Origin: Myxococcales bacterium
GTDB lineage: Bacteria > Myxococcota_A > Polyangia > Polyangiales > DASUME01
Assembly: GCA_047601445.1 (NCBI GenBank)
Contig: JASGJH010000001.1
Span: 640,001-704,000 of the forward strand
Reading direction: 5' to 3'
DNA length: 64,000 nt
The notes below the pieces were generated by a model, which saw only the letters and a program-made list of their open reading frames with translations, did no database searches and was not told where the DNA came from. A program made the translations under genes and the position numbers. Shown piece after piece: positions 10,251 through 21,276 of this stretch (within the stretch, counting starts at the first letter, position 1; each line of letters opens with the position of its first letter).

Positions 10251-11633
10251 ATGGAACCGCCCATAGCTTCTGCCTCCTTCGAGCGAGCCCTGTCATGGGA
10301 GCGCACGCCCACCCAGGCGTTGGCCAAGCTCGCCTGGCCGATCACGCTGAGCGGCTTGAGCTTCGCAGTGATGTCGCTGGTGGACACGCTGTTCGTGGCG
10401 CGACTCGGGGCATCGATGCTGGCGGGCGTGGGGCTCGGCGCGGTGATCACGAATGGCTTGATGGGCTTCGGCTTCGGCGTGCTGCGCGGACTCAAGGTGC
10501 TGCTTGCGCAGTCGCGCGGATCGAGCTCGTCGGAAGCCGTGCGTGCTTACGTCGGCGGTGGCCTCTTGCTCGGCTTTTGGCTGGGGCTCGCTGCCCTGGC
10601 CCTCGGTGAGTTTGCGGCCTGGGTGGTCCCTTACTTTACGGCCAGCGTCGAAGCCGGACGGGCGGCACGCGAGTACATCGCGGTGCGCTCGCTGGGGGCC
10701 CCGATCATCGTGGTCTACGTGGCGTTGCGTGAAGGACGCTATGGACTCGGCGACACGCGGTCACCGCTGATCTCTTCGTTGGTCTCCAACCTGCTGCACG
10801 CGGGGCTCGACTACGTGGCGTTGTTCGTCCTGGGCTGGGGCGCCGCCGGCGCGGCACTCGCGAACGTGCTGGCGTTCTCGCTCCAAACCGGGCTCTTGGC
10901 TCACGCGCAAGGGCGCGGCGCGTTCACCTTTGGTGAAGCGGAGTTCAAGGCGCAGTTCGCGGTGCTGCGCGCGGGGGCCTTTACGGGCCTGCAGTGGGCG
11001 CTCGAGATCGGCGCTTTGGCCTTCCTTGCGCTGCTCTTGTCGGGGCTCGGTGATCTGCCGATGGCCGCGCATCAGCTCGCGGTGCAGCTGGTGATCTTCT
11101 CGTTCCTGCCAGCACTGGCGATCGCGGAGTCGGCCTCGATTTTGGCCGGCGAAGCCGTGGGGCGCGGTCGTACGGCTGCGGTCCATGGGGTGGCCAAGGC
11201 GGCACGGCGAGTTGCGCTGGGCTACGCGAGCCTGTGCGCGCTGGTCTTCGTGCTGGGTGGGCGATCGCTGGCGGCGTTCATGACGCAGGATCAAGCGCTG
11301 CGTGAGACGGCGCTCCCCGTGTTCTGGGCGGCGGCTACCTACTTGTTGCTCGAGTCGGTCACCGTCGCTGGCAACGGTGTGCTGCGTGGTGTCGGTGCCC
11401 AGCGCTTCAGCGCGCTGTGCGCCCTGGGTTGCGCGTGGCTGTGCACGCCGGTGCTCGGATACCTGTTCACGCGGGTGCTGAGCGTCGGCGCGGCGGGCGG
11501 CTTTCTCGCGCGCGCGTGCGAGATGGCGCTCGCGGGGACGCTGGTGTGGCGACACGTGGATCGCAATGCATGGCTCGAAGTGGCTGAACGCTCGCGGCGC
11601 TCGGTGCTGAGGCAGGCAGGAGCGAAAGCATGA
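10251..11633 (+). CDS. MATE family efflux transporter
   Basis: KLAWPI, VDTLFVARLG..LAGVGLG, GLGDTRSP, GVLRGVG; about 12 hydrophobic segments. Confidence 0.92.
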   Translation: MEPPIASASFERALSWERTPTQALAKLAWPITLSGLSFAVMSLVDTLFVARLGASMLAGVGLGAVITNGLMGFGFGVLRGLKVLLAQSRGSSSSEAVRAYVGGGLLLGFWLGLAALALGEFAAWVVPYFTASVEAGRAAREYIAVRSLGAPIIVVYVALREGRYGLGDTRSPLISSLVSNLLHAGLDYVALFVLGWGAAGAALANVLAFSLQTGLLAHAQGRGAFTFGEAEFKAQFAVLRAGAFTGLQWALEIGALAFLALLLSGLGDLPMAAHQLAVQLVIFSFLPALAIAESASILAGEAVGRGRTAAVHGVAKAARRVALGYASLCALVFVLGGRSLAAFMTQDQALRETALPVFWAAATYLLLESVTVAGNGVLRGVGAQRFSALCALGCAWLCTPVLGYLFTRVLSVGAAGGFLARACEMALAGTLVWRHVDRNAWLEVAERSRRSVLRQAGAKA

Positions 11634-11647
11634 GAAAGGAAGTTCCA

Positions 11648-11968
11648 ATGTCGACGCTTTACTTGGAGAGTGTAGGGCTGGCCTCCGACGTGCGTGCCCT
11701 GTTGTCCCCCATCGCGCGGCGCGACCAGGATCTGGCCAAGCGATTGCGGCGCGCCTGCGACGGAGTGCCCGAGCACATCGCCGAGGGCATGTGCCTCACG
11801 GGCCGGCCGCGGCGCGTGGAATACGAGGCAGCGCGCATCTCCGCGCGCGAGGCCATGGCTTGCCTGCGCGCTGCGGAAGGCGTGGGCTTTCTGAGCGACG
11901 GCGGGGATCGCTTGTACTCACGGATCGAGGGGATCGTGCGCCGCATTTCCACGACCCTGGAGAACTGA
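11648..11968 (+). CDS. Four-helix-bundle protein (23S rRNA IVS protein/Avd-like family)
   Basis: DLAKRLRRACDGVPEHIAEG...ARISAREAMACL resembles family consensus QLRRAA.SV..NIAEG..A.GSA.E; AGGAAG RBS. Confidence 0.8.
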   Translation: MSTLYLESVGLASDVRALLSPIARRDQDLAKRLRRACDGVPEHIAEGMCLTGRPRRVEYEAARISAREAMACLRAAEGVGFLSDGGDRLYSRIEGIVRRISTTLEN

Positions 11969-11993
11969 TGACGACTGAAGAACGAGGGAGCTT

Positions 11994-12095
11994 ATGTTCT
12001 ACGTCTTGCGCAGCACATACTATGCGGCGCGTTCCTATCTGTACTTGGCACGCTCCGGCTACTATCTGGCCCGCGTCCGCTTGAGCCGTTGGTGA
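11994..12095 (+). CDS. Small 33-aa Tyr/Arg-rich heptad-repeat peptide (not in ORF track)
   Basis: GAGGGAG RBS; MFYVLRSTYYAARSYLYLARSGYYLARVRLSRW; 25 of 32 non-start codons end in G/C; hairpin follows the stop. Confidence 0.6.
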   Translation: MFYVLRSTYYAARSYLYLARSGYYLARVRLSRW

Positions 12096-12115
12096 GGGAG
12101 GGCACGCGCCCTCCC
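12096..12115. terminator. GC hairpin between convergent transcription units
   Basis: GGGAGGGC-acgc-GCCCTCCC perfect 8-bp stem, no U-tract. Confidence 0.55.
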
Positions 12116-12205
12116 GCCCATCGCGGCCAAGCCGCGCTGGGACTCATCCACCGCGAGGTTCGTTGCGCTCACGAAGTGTGCGCGTATTGCGGCAGGGCTC
12201 GGGCC

Positions 12206-13402
12206 TTACGGGAGGTTGAGCCCGCGCTCGTCGAGCAGGTACACGCGGTCACTCAAGCGGTGCGGGGCACGTGCTGCGTCTTCACGGGCGCGCGCCTGCA
12301 TGGCTTCGACCAACTGCGGATTGTCCGCGTCGCAGGCGAAAAAGGTGTCGCGGTGAGGAATGGCCAGAGCTACGCGTGCGCCAATCCTCGCACGCAGCTC
12401 TGCAGGCAGCGCCGGCAACACCACGCGGGCCGAGTCGCGTCCATCGCCGGTGCGCGCCACGAAGATCGGCCCCTGCGGGGTATCGCTGCGGCTGATGCGT
12501 GACGTCTTGGAGTTCGCTGCGAGGTTGCGCCATGCGATCTCGAAGGCCTCCGGCCAGGTCGCGCCCCAGGCCGCGAGCTCCGACTCGCGCACGTAGCGCG
12601 CGCGCCCCTTGTACTCGAGCAAGAGGGCGATGCCGAGCTCCTCTGTGAGCGGCGCGCTGGCCAACAAGGTTCGGCCCGAGCTCGAGAGGTCGCGCAGCGA
12701 GTCCGCCCGTACCAGGCGAGGCATCAGGCGCTGGCGCGCCTCGCTCAAACTCACCTCCGCTTCCGCGCTGCCTGGCAGCATGGACAGCAGGCGATTGGCC
12801 ACGTTCTCGACGGCACCTTCGTCCTGGTCGCGTGTGCTCTCGACGGCTCGCTTCAGGTCGATCTCCAGCGGTTCCCCCGTTTCCGGACTCTGCAGGGTGA
12901 GCGTGAGATCGAAGTGCGCGACCAGCGTGAGCTCGGGACGCTCGAGGGCCAAGTTGGTGAGGAAGCGCGTTACCACGCGCGAGATAGGACCTCGGCCACC
13001 CGCCTCCGCCTCGGCCATGCTCACCTGACGCATCAACTCTTGCTTGGGGCTCGGTGCATCGAGCACGCGGTCGATCGCCGCGAACGGATCGAAGAAGCCG
13101 TGTTGCCCCAGGCGCACGCGGTGCACCGTGCCCCGTGCCACGTGGGCACCTTCGCCCACGTGGTCGATCAACAACAGACCGAGCAGCGCGCCCGATCCCT
13201 CGATGAAGCGACGTTCGTCTTCGTCGTTCACGTGTTCCAGGGCCAAGAAGCGCAGGATCTCCTCGCACAAGAACACGATGCCCGGGGCACCGCCGCGAAA
13301 CTCGCTTGCCGCGTCGCCCAGCCTCTCGTGCAAGAAGCCCTCGGCGGCCTTCGCCAGGGGGCCCGCGCATTCGCCCAGTTTTCCGCCGAGCCATGGCAAC
13401 AT
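12206..13402 (-). CDS. Hypothetical protein, C-terminal DUF1444-like domain
   Basis: ATG overlapping the mltG stop; C-terminal DGRDSARVVLP...ALAIPHRD...RLSDRVY pattern. Confidence 0.65.
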   Translation of the reverse strand: MLPWLGGKLGECAGPLAKAAEGFLHERLGDAASEFRGGAPGIVFLCEEILRFLALEHVNDEDERRFIEGSGALLGLLLIDHVGEGAHVARGTVHRVRLGQHGFFDPFAAIDRVLDAPSPKQELMRQVSMAEAEAGGRGPISRVVTRFLTNLALERPELTLVAHFDLTLTLQSPETGEPLEIDLKRAVESTRDQDEGAVENVANRLLSMLPGSAEAEVSLSEARQRLMPRLVRADSLRDLSSSGRTLLASAPLTEELGIALLLEYKGRARYVRESELAAWGATWPEAFEIAWRNLAANSKTSRISRSDTPQGPIFVARTGDGRDSARVVLPALPAELRARIGARVALAIPHRDTFFACDADNPQLVEAMQARAREDAARAPHRLSDRVYLLDERGLNLP

Positions 13403-14472
13403 CAGGGGCTCTCCTTGATGCGCTGATTGTGATCTTCGAGCGAGTGACTGAAGGCGTGTCGGCCGCCTCCCTTGGTGACGAAGTAGAAGTAGTCGTGCGC
13501 GGCTGGTGTGAGGGCAGCCTTCAGGGAGTCGAGACCGGGACTGCAGATGGGGCCGGGCGGTAGGCCATCGCGTCGGTAGGTGCTGTAGGGGTTCTCCGGA
13601 TCGCGCAGCATGGCGGGCGTGATGCGGCGACCATCGTATTCGGCGCAGGTAGGGACCTTGTCGCGTGCTACCAGGCAGCCGTAGGCCACGGTGGGATCGG
13701 CCTGCAGACGCTTGGGTTTGAAGGTCTCGTCCACCAGGCGGTTCATGAACACACCCGCGATCACGGGGCGCTCGTCCGGCACGCGGGCCTCGCGCTCCAC
13801 GATCGAGGCCAGCGTCAAGAGCTGGTGCGGCGTGAGTGAGAAGGGCGCGCCGTCGTGGGCCATGGCGTAGGCATCGAACAGGGCCTGAGTGCGCTCTCGG
13901 AACACCCGCACCATGCGTGTCAGCACGGCATTGGCGTCGCTCTCCTGGCTGAAGTCGTACACGGCTGGAAAGAGGTAGCCCTCCACGCTGTCGGCCTGGA
14001 CACCAAGACGCTGGAGCAGGGCAGGGTCGCTGCCGGCGCTGAGCAGCGCGGCGCGTGAGGCGACCCCGAAGCGCTCCAGTCGTGTGGCTGCGTCGAACCG
14101 CGTGAAGCCCTCCGGCAGCAGCACACGCACCTTCGACGTGCCGAAGTTGCGGGCCAAGCGCGGCAAGAGCTCGCGCACCGAGAGGGCGCGGTTCAACACC
14201 ACGTAGCCTCGGCGCAGGTTCGACTCCACGCCCATCAAGCGGAAGTAGATGGTCAGCGCCCAGGCATCCGAGACCACCTTGTCCTCGGCCATGCGCTTTG
14301 CCAAAACCTCCGCCGTGGCGCCTGCCGGCAGCTCGACGACGAAGTCCTTGTACGGCGTCACCTGGTGCCGGTTGGGATACACCAACATCAACCAGATCAA
14401 GCAAGCCGTGCCGGCCGCCCACAGCGCGAGGGCGGCGCGCGCGATCAGCTGGCGTCTACGTTCAGCGGTCAC
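13402..14472 (-). CDS. mltG: Endolytic transglycosylase MltG (YceG family)
   Basis: N-terminal TM, LPEG, EGYLFP, LASIVEREA, LQADPTVAY, GLPPGPICSPG. Confidence 0.95.
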   Translation of the reverse strand: MTAERRRQLIARAALALWAAGTACLIWLMLVYPNRHQVTPYKDFVVELPAGATAEVLAKRMAEDKVVSDAWALTIYFRLMGVESNLRRGYVVLNRALSVRELLPRLARNFGTSKVRVLLPEGFTRFDAATRLERFGVASRAALLSAGSDPALLQRLGVQADSVEGYLFPAVYDFSQESDANAVLTRMVRVFRERTQALFDAYAMAHDGAPFSLTPHQLLTLASIVEREARVPDERPVIAGVFMNRLVDETFKPKRLQADPTVAYGCLVARDKVPTCAEYDGRRITPAMLRDPENPYSTYRRDGLPPGPICSPGLDSLKAALTPAAHDYFYFVTKGGGRHAFSHSLEDHNQRIKESP

Positions 14473-14887
14473 CGCGCCCTCGCTGGGCGTCCAGGTAGCT
14501 CTGGAGCAGCAGCGTGGCTGCGGCCTGGTCGATGAGCGCCTTCTTCTTGTCGCCCTTGAGTCCGGAGCTGCGCAGCTCGCGCTCGGCGGAGACCGTCGTC
14601 AGGCGTTCGTCCCACATCACGACGGGAATGCCGCTCGCCTTCTCGAGCGCGCGCCCCAGGAGCTCGGCGCGCTTGGCTTCGGGGCCCGCGCTGCCGTTCA
14701 TGCGCAGCGGCAAGCCCATCACGATCTCGCGCACCTGGAGCGCGCTGGCTTCCTGCGCCAGGGCGGACACGAGCAGCGGGAGCTTGTCGCCGGCCAGCGT
14801 CTTGTGGGGCGAGGCCCACTCTCCGCTCTCGTCGCTGACCGCGAGTCCAACGCGGCGCAGCCCTGGATCGACCCCCATCCTCCGCAT
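14462..14887 (-). CDS. ruvX: Holliday junction resolvase-like RuvX/YqgF
   Basis: GVDPGLRRVGLAVSD, MGLPL, WDERLTT, IDQAAA..LLQSYLD. Confidence 0.95.
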   Translation of the reverse strand: MRRMGVDPGLRRVGLAVSDESGEWASPHKTLAGDKLPLLVSALAQEASALQVREIVMGLPLRMNGSAGPEAKRAELLGRALEKASGIPVVMWDERLTTVSAERELRSSGLKGDKKKALIDQAAATLLLQSYLDAQRGRGDR

Positions 14888-14905
14888 GCTGGGGGAGAGT
14901 AGCAA

Positions 14906-15583
14906 CTACGGCTCCGGTGGTCCGTCGCGGAATGCGAGTTCGGCCTCGAAGAGGGTCGCCAGATGTCGCACACAGCGTTCGCCCACCTCGCCCTGCGCGA
15001 TGCCGCGCGCGCCCAGCTCTCGCGATAGAGACGTCACGCCGCGTCCCGCGATGCCGCAGGGCACGATGGCGCCGAAGCTATCGAGGTCGGTGCTCACATT
15101 CAGCGCCAGACCGTGCATGGTGACCCAGCGGCTGATGCGCACCCCCACGGCGCCGATCTTGTTCTCGCCGACCCAGGCCCCGTTCAGACCTTCCACACGC
15201 GCTGCCTGGACCCCGTAGTCGGCGCAGGTACGGATCATGGCCTCCTCGAGGTCTTTGACGTAGCGGCGGACGTCCTCGCGGTCCGGCTTGAGATCGACGA
15301 TGGGGTACATCACCAGCTGACCGGGCCCGTGGAACGTCACGTCGCCGCCGCGGCCGGTCGCGAACAGCTCGTAGCCGCGCTCGTGCAGGGCATCCTCGCT
15401 GAACAGCACGTGCTCCTGCTTGGCTGCGCGTCCCAGGGTGATCACCTTGGGATGCTCGAGCAGGAGCACGGTGTCGCCGATTTGCTCGGCCTGTCGCGCA
15501 GCCACCAGGCGCTCCTGCAGCGCGTGCGCCTGTGCGTAGGGCACGCTGCCGAGACGGTGCACTGTGAAACTGCGTGTGACCAC
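14906..15583 (-). CDS. lipB: Lipoyl(octanoyl) transferase
   Basis: LLEHPKVITLGR, RGGDVTFHGPGQL, KIGAVG, HGLALN, IVPCGI. Confidence 0.96.
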   Translation of the reverse strand: MVTRSFTVHRLGSVPYAQAHALQERLVAARQAEQIGDTVLLLEHPKVITLGRAAKQEHVLFSEDALHERGYELFATGRGGDVTFHGPGQLVMYPIVDLKPDREDVRRYVKDLEEAMIRTCADYGVQAARVEGLNGAWVGENKIGAVGVRISRWVTMHGLALNVSTDLDSFGAIVPCGIAGRGVTSLSRELGARGIAQGEVGERCVRHLATLFEAELAFRDGPPEP

Positions 15584-15598
15584 GACGACCGCCGGAGC

Positions 15599-17008
15599 TT
15601 ACTTGTTGAGCACGTGGACGGCTTCGCCCAGTGCGTGCTTGAAGGACTCCATCATCGCCTCGCCCAGGGTGGGGTGAGGGTGGATGGTGAGGCCCACGTC
15701 TTCGGCAAAGGCACACATCTCGATGGCCAGCGCGGCTTCGCTGATGAGGTCCGCCGCCTCGGGACCCACGATGCCCACGCCGAGCACCTCGTTGGTCTCT
15801 GCGTCGATGATGGTCTTGATGAAGCCCTCGGTCTCGCTGACCGCCATGGCTCGACCGGACACCGAGAAGGGGAACTTGCCGATCTTGATGGCCTTGCCCT
15901 GGGCCTTGGCTTCCTTCTCCTTGATCCCCGCGGTGGCGATCTCCGGATCCGTGAAGATGGCGGCAGGCATCACGCGCCAGTCGCGCGCGGACTTGTGTCC
16001 GGCCAGTACCTCGGCCGCGATCTCACCCTCCTTGGTGGCCTTGTGGGCCAGGTAGGGCGGTCCGCTCACGTCGCCCACGGCGTAGATGGTGGGCATGTTG
16101 GTCTGGATCAGCTCGTTGGTCGGGATGTGGCCGCGCTCGTCGAACTTCACGCCGACTTCCTCGAGCCCCAGACCCTTGGAGTTCGGACGGAAGCCCACTG
16201 CCACCAGCACGGAATCGGCCTCGATGACGCGCTCCTTGCCGTTGTGTTCCACGGTGACGCTGGCCTTGTCGCCCTTGACGACACAGCCTTTGGCCTTGGC
16301 CTTGGTGAGCACTTCGCCGCCGCGCGAGGTGAAGCGCTTCTCCACCACCTTCACCAGGTCCGGATCTTCGGTGGGCAGGAGCTGATCCATCATCTCCACC
16401 ACGATCACCTTGGAGCCGAGCTTCTGGTAGACCATGCCGAGCTCGAGCCCGATCACGCCGCCACCGATGAGCACCATGGTGCCAGGCACCTTCTTCAGGC
16501 TCACCGCCTCACGCGCCGTGATCACCACCTTGCCGTCGAGAGCAAAGCCCGGGATCTGGATGGGCGTCGCGCCGGTGGCCACGATGATGCCCTTCTTGGC
16601 TTCGTAGGTCTCGGTGCTGCCGTCGGCCTTGGTGACCTCGACGCTGGTAGGCGACTTAACTTTGGCGGTACCCATCACGGTGTCCGCCTTGTTCGCCTTG
16701 AGCAGTCCGGCCACGCCGGTGGTGAGCTTCTTGACGATGCCCTCTTTCCAGACCTGGAGCTTCTCGACGTCGACCTTCACTTCGCCGACGGTGATGCCCA
16801 TCTTGTCCGCGTGGCGAATCTTCTCCACGGTGCCGGCGGCCGCGATCAGCGCCTTGCTCGGGATGCAGCCCCAGTTGAGGCACACGCCGCCCCAATACTC
16901 CTTGTCCACGCACAGGGTCTTCAAACCGAGCTGTGCTGAACGAATGGCGGCTGGATATCCGCCGGGGCCCGCGCCGATCACAATTACGTCGTAAGTCGCG
17001 TTTGCCAT
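15599..17008 (-). CDS. lpdA: Dihydrolipoyl dehydrogenase
   Basis: IGAGPGG, GGVCLNWGCIPSK, GGGVIGLE, HPHPTLGE; start at MANATYD. Confidence 0.96.
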   Translation of the reverse strand: MANATYDVIVIGAGPGGYPAAIRSAQLGLKTLCVDKEYWGGVCLNWGCIPSKALIAAAGTVEKIRHADKMGITVGEVKVDVEKLQVWKEGIVKKLTTGVAGLLKANKADTVMGTAKVKSPTSVEVTKADGSTETYEAKKGIIVATGATPIQIPGFALDGKVVITAREAVSLKKVPGTMVLIGGGVIGLELGMVYQKLGSKVIVVEMMDQLLPTEDPDLVKVVEKRFTSRGGEVLTKAKAKGCVVKGDKASVTVEHNGKERVIEADSVLVAVGFRPNSKGLGLEEVGVKFDERGHIPTNELIQTNMPTIYAVGDVSGPPYLAHKATKEGEIAAEVLAGHKSARDWRVMPAAIFTDPEIATAGIKEKEAKAQGKAIKIGKFPFSVSGRAMAVSETEGFIKTIIDAETNEVLGVGIVGPEAADLISEAALAIEMCAFAEDVGLTIHPHPTLGEAMMESFKHALGEAVHVLNK

Positions 17009-17039
17009 GTCGTTGGTTCGCTTTCCGTCCACTCTGCCT

Positions 17040-17093
17040 TGCGGGCGGGGCCGCCCGCGAGGCTCTGAAACTGCGGGCGGGGCCGCCCGCGAG
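17040..17093. repeat. Two identical 22-bp palindrome-containing direct repeats, 32-bp period
   Basis: TGCGGGCGGGGCCGCCCGCGAG at 17040-17061 and 17072-17093. Confidence 0.9.
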
Positions 17094-17179
17094 CAGCCTA
17101 AGGATAGCCTCGCGCGCACGTCCTGCCCCTCGGGTCCGTCGTTTGGACAGACTTTTGCGTTTCCGTGCGGATTTCCCGG

Positions 17180-17596
17180 CTACTTGGTCATGCCCAAGAC
17201 GACGCGCCAGCGACCCTGTTCGCGCACCATGGGCACCTCGATGGGGTCACCCTTGTCGATCAAGATCGACACCGTGGCTCGATCTCCCTCCACGTCGGCC
17301 GTCATGCGCACACCTGCGAGGCTTTGGCCGGCGAAGCTCACGCGGCCAGGCACCAACATCTCCCAAGCCTTGAGCTTGCGCCCGGCCAAGGAGTTCGACA
17401 GCCGCGCGCGCTCGGCCAGCGCGTCCTGGCTGTGAACGTCGATCCACTCGAAGGCGATCTTGCGCTGCTCGGGCGCGTGGGTGCTGCGCTCCACCGCCGT
17501 CAGGAATGCTGCCAGCGCCTCGGTGGGACCGAGATCGCCCGGGTCGGGCGCGCAAGCGAACAGCAGGCAGAGGGCGAGGCAGACGGCGCGCAGCAC
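17180..17596 (-). CDS. Hypothetical lipoprotein
   Basis: Signal peptide with LLFAC lipobox; ends VPMVREQGRWRV, possibly NTF2-like. Confidence 0.7.
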   Translation of the reverse strand: MLRAVCLALCLLFACAPDPGDLGPTEALAAFLTAVERSTHAPEQRKIAFEWIDVHSQDALAERARLSNSLAGRKLKAWEMLVPGRVSFAGQSLAGVRMTADVEGDRATVSILIDKGDPIEVPMVREQGRWRVVLGMTK

Positions 17597-17605
17597 GCGG
17601 CGAGC

Positions 17606-19963
<2,358 letters not shown>

Positions 19964-20086
19964 GGGCTTTCTCGATGTGGGCGCGCGAGGGCACGGCGCC
20001 AATCCCAATGAACGGGAGAGACGTCACGTGTGCGCGGAGCACGGGCAGACAGATCAGAAACGAAGGTGGAACGCCGGAGTCGGAGA

Positions 20087-20275
20087 CTAGGGAGCTTCGG
20101 CTGGAGCCGAGTCGGCAGTGTCGTCGGAGGCGTCGGCGTGCTGGCTATGGCACACCGCGATGCCGCCGATGCCGAGCGCGAACAGGGCCACCCCCAGCCA
20201 CGGGAGCCACTTTGGCGAATCGCCGGCTTCGTCGGTGATTTCGGGGAGCTCAGGTGGCGTGTGTGCGTGGCCCAT
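20087..20275 (-). CDS. Small single-TM hypothetical protein
   Basis: DEAGDSPKWLPWLGVALFALGIGGIAV hydrophobic segment; fills the gap between genes. Confidence 0.6.
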   Translation of the reverse strand: MGHAHTPPELPEITDEAGDSPKWLPWLGVALFALGIGGIAVCHSQHADASDDTADSAPAEAP

Positions 20276-20373
20276 CGGCGGCGAAGTTGGCAGACCTCTG
20301 CACGGGTTTCAAGTGGTTCGCGAGCGACTCGGCCGGTGCACGGTGCGCAGACGTGGGCCGTGGTACACGTGCA

Positions 20374-21156
20374 CTACTGGAGCAGTGCAACCAGCTCGCC
20401 GTGCAGGTGACCGTTGCTGGCGAGGGCACCCGGCCCATAGATGGTGGGCTCCCCCGTCAGGGACGTGAGCTGGCCTCCGGCCTCGCGCAGGATCGCAGCG
20501 GCGGCAGCGACGTCGTAGGGCTGGACGGCGGGGTCGACGACCGCATCGGCTTGGCCCAACAGGAGCGCGCGATAACTGGCGAAATCGGCCAGTCCACGCT
20601 GGGTGTAGGTGGCCCGGGCCAGCTTGCCGAGCAGCGCTTCGCGCCCGTCGTCGGTGAACTGCGCGAGCCCCCCGTGGCAGATCAAAGCGTTTTCTAATTT
20701 CGAGACCCGTGACAGTCGGATCGGGCGCCCGTTGGCATACGCGCCTTCACCTCGGACTGCGGTGAAGAGCTCGCCCAGGGCCGGCATGTACGCGATCCCC
20801 GCGAGGGGCTCGCCGTCGTGTTCGATGCCGATCAAGATCGACCAGCTGGGCATGCCGCGCAGGAAGGCGCGCGTGCCGTCGATGGGATCCACCACGAAGC
20901 GCAGGCCGCCGACGCGGGCGCGCTCACCGCCGGTCTCTTCCCCGAAGAACGCGGCCTGTGGGAAACGCTCCGCCACGACCTTGGCGATGGCCGCTTCCAC
21001 GGCGCGATCGGCCTCGGTGACGGGGCTGCGATCCGGCTTGGTCTCGGCCCGCTCGGAGGCGCCGGCGCGGTAGAGCGAGATGGCGAGGTCACCCGCGCGC
21101 AGCACGGCGTCGATCAAGTCGTCGAAGGCGGGGCGTCCCCCGAGGAGCGTGTACAT
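20374..21156 (-). CDS. Inositol monophosphatase family, histidinol-phosphatase HisN-like
   Basis: SPVTEAD, GEE, VDPIDGT, PYDVAA..ILREAGG. Confidence 0.88.
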   Translation of the reverse strand: MYTLLGGRPAFDDLIDAVLRAGDLAISLYRAGASERAETKPDRSPVTEADRAVEAAIAKVVAERFPQAAFFGEETGGERARVGGLRFVVDPIDGTRAFLRGMPSWSILIGIEHDGEPLAGIAYMPALGELFTAVRGEGAYANGRPIRLSRVSKLENALICHGGLAQFTDDGREALLGKLARATYTQRGLADFASYRALLLGQADAVVDPAVQPYDVAAAAAILREAGGQLTSLTGEPTIYGPGALASNGHLHGELVALLQ

Positions 21157-21276
21157 GACCCGAAGAATGCGCCGGCTAAGCGCCCGGGTCGACGGGAATG
21201 CGGGGGCCATTCGCGTGCCGCTAGCGGGCGGCAGCTCTGGAGCGTAGATCTGGGCAGTCTGCGTGAGGGAGAAGCA

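Noticed and set aside
11648..11968. Avd-like gene as a sign of a diversity-generating retroelement
   Set aside because: No reverse transcriptase and no template/variable repeat pair seen in the window
11791..12084. 97-aa ORF spanning the four-helix gene end and the intergenic region
   Set aside because: Off-frame; the 11994-12095 frame has the RBS, codon bias and periodicity
12206..14422. 738-aa minus-strand ORF
   Set aside because: The upstream half is an alternative frame of mltG; the gene starts at 13402
17040..17093. Mini CRISPR array
   Set aside because: Only two copies, a 10-bp spacer and no cas genes
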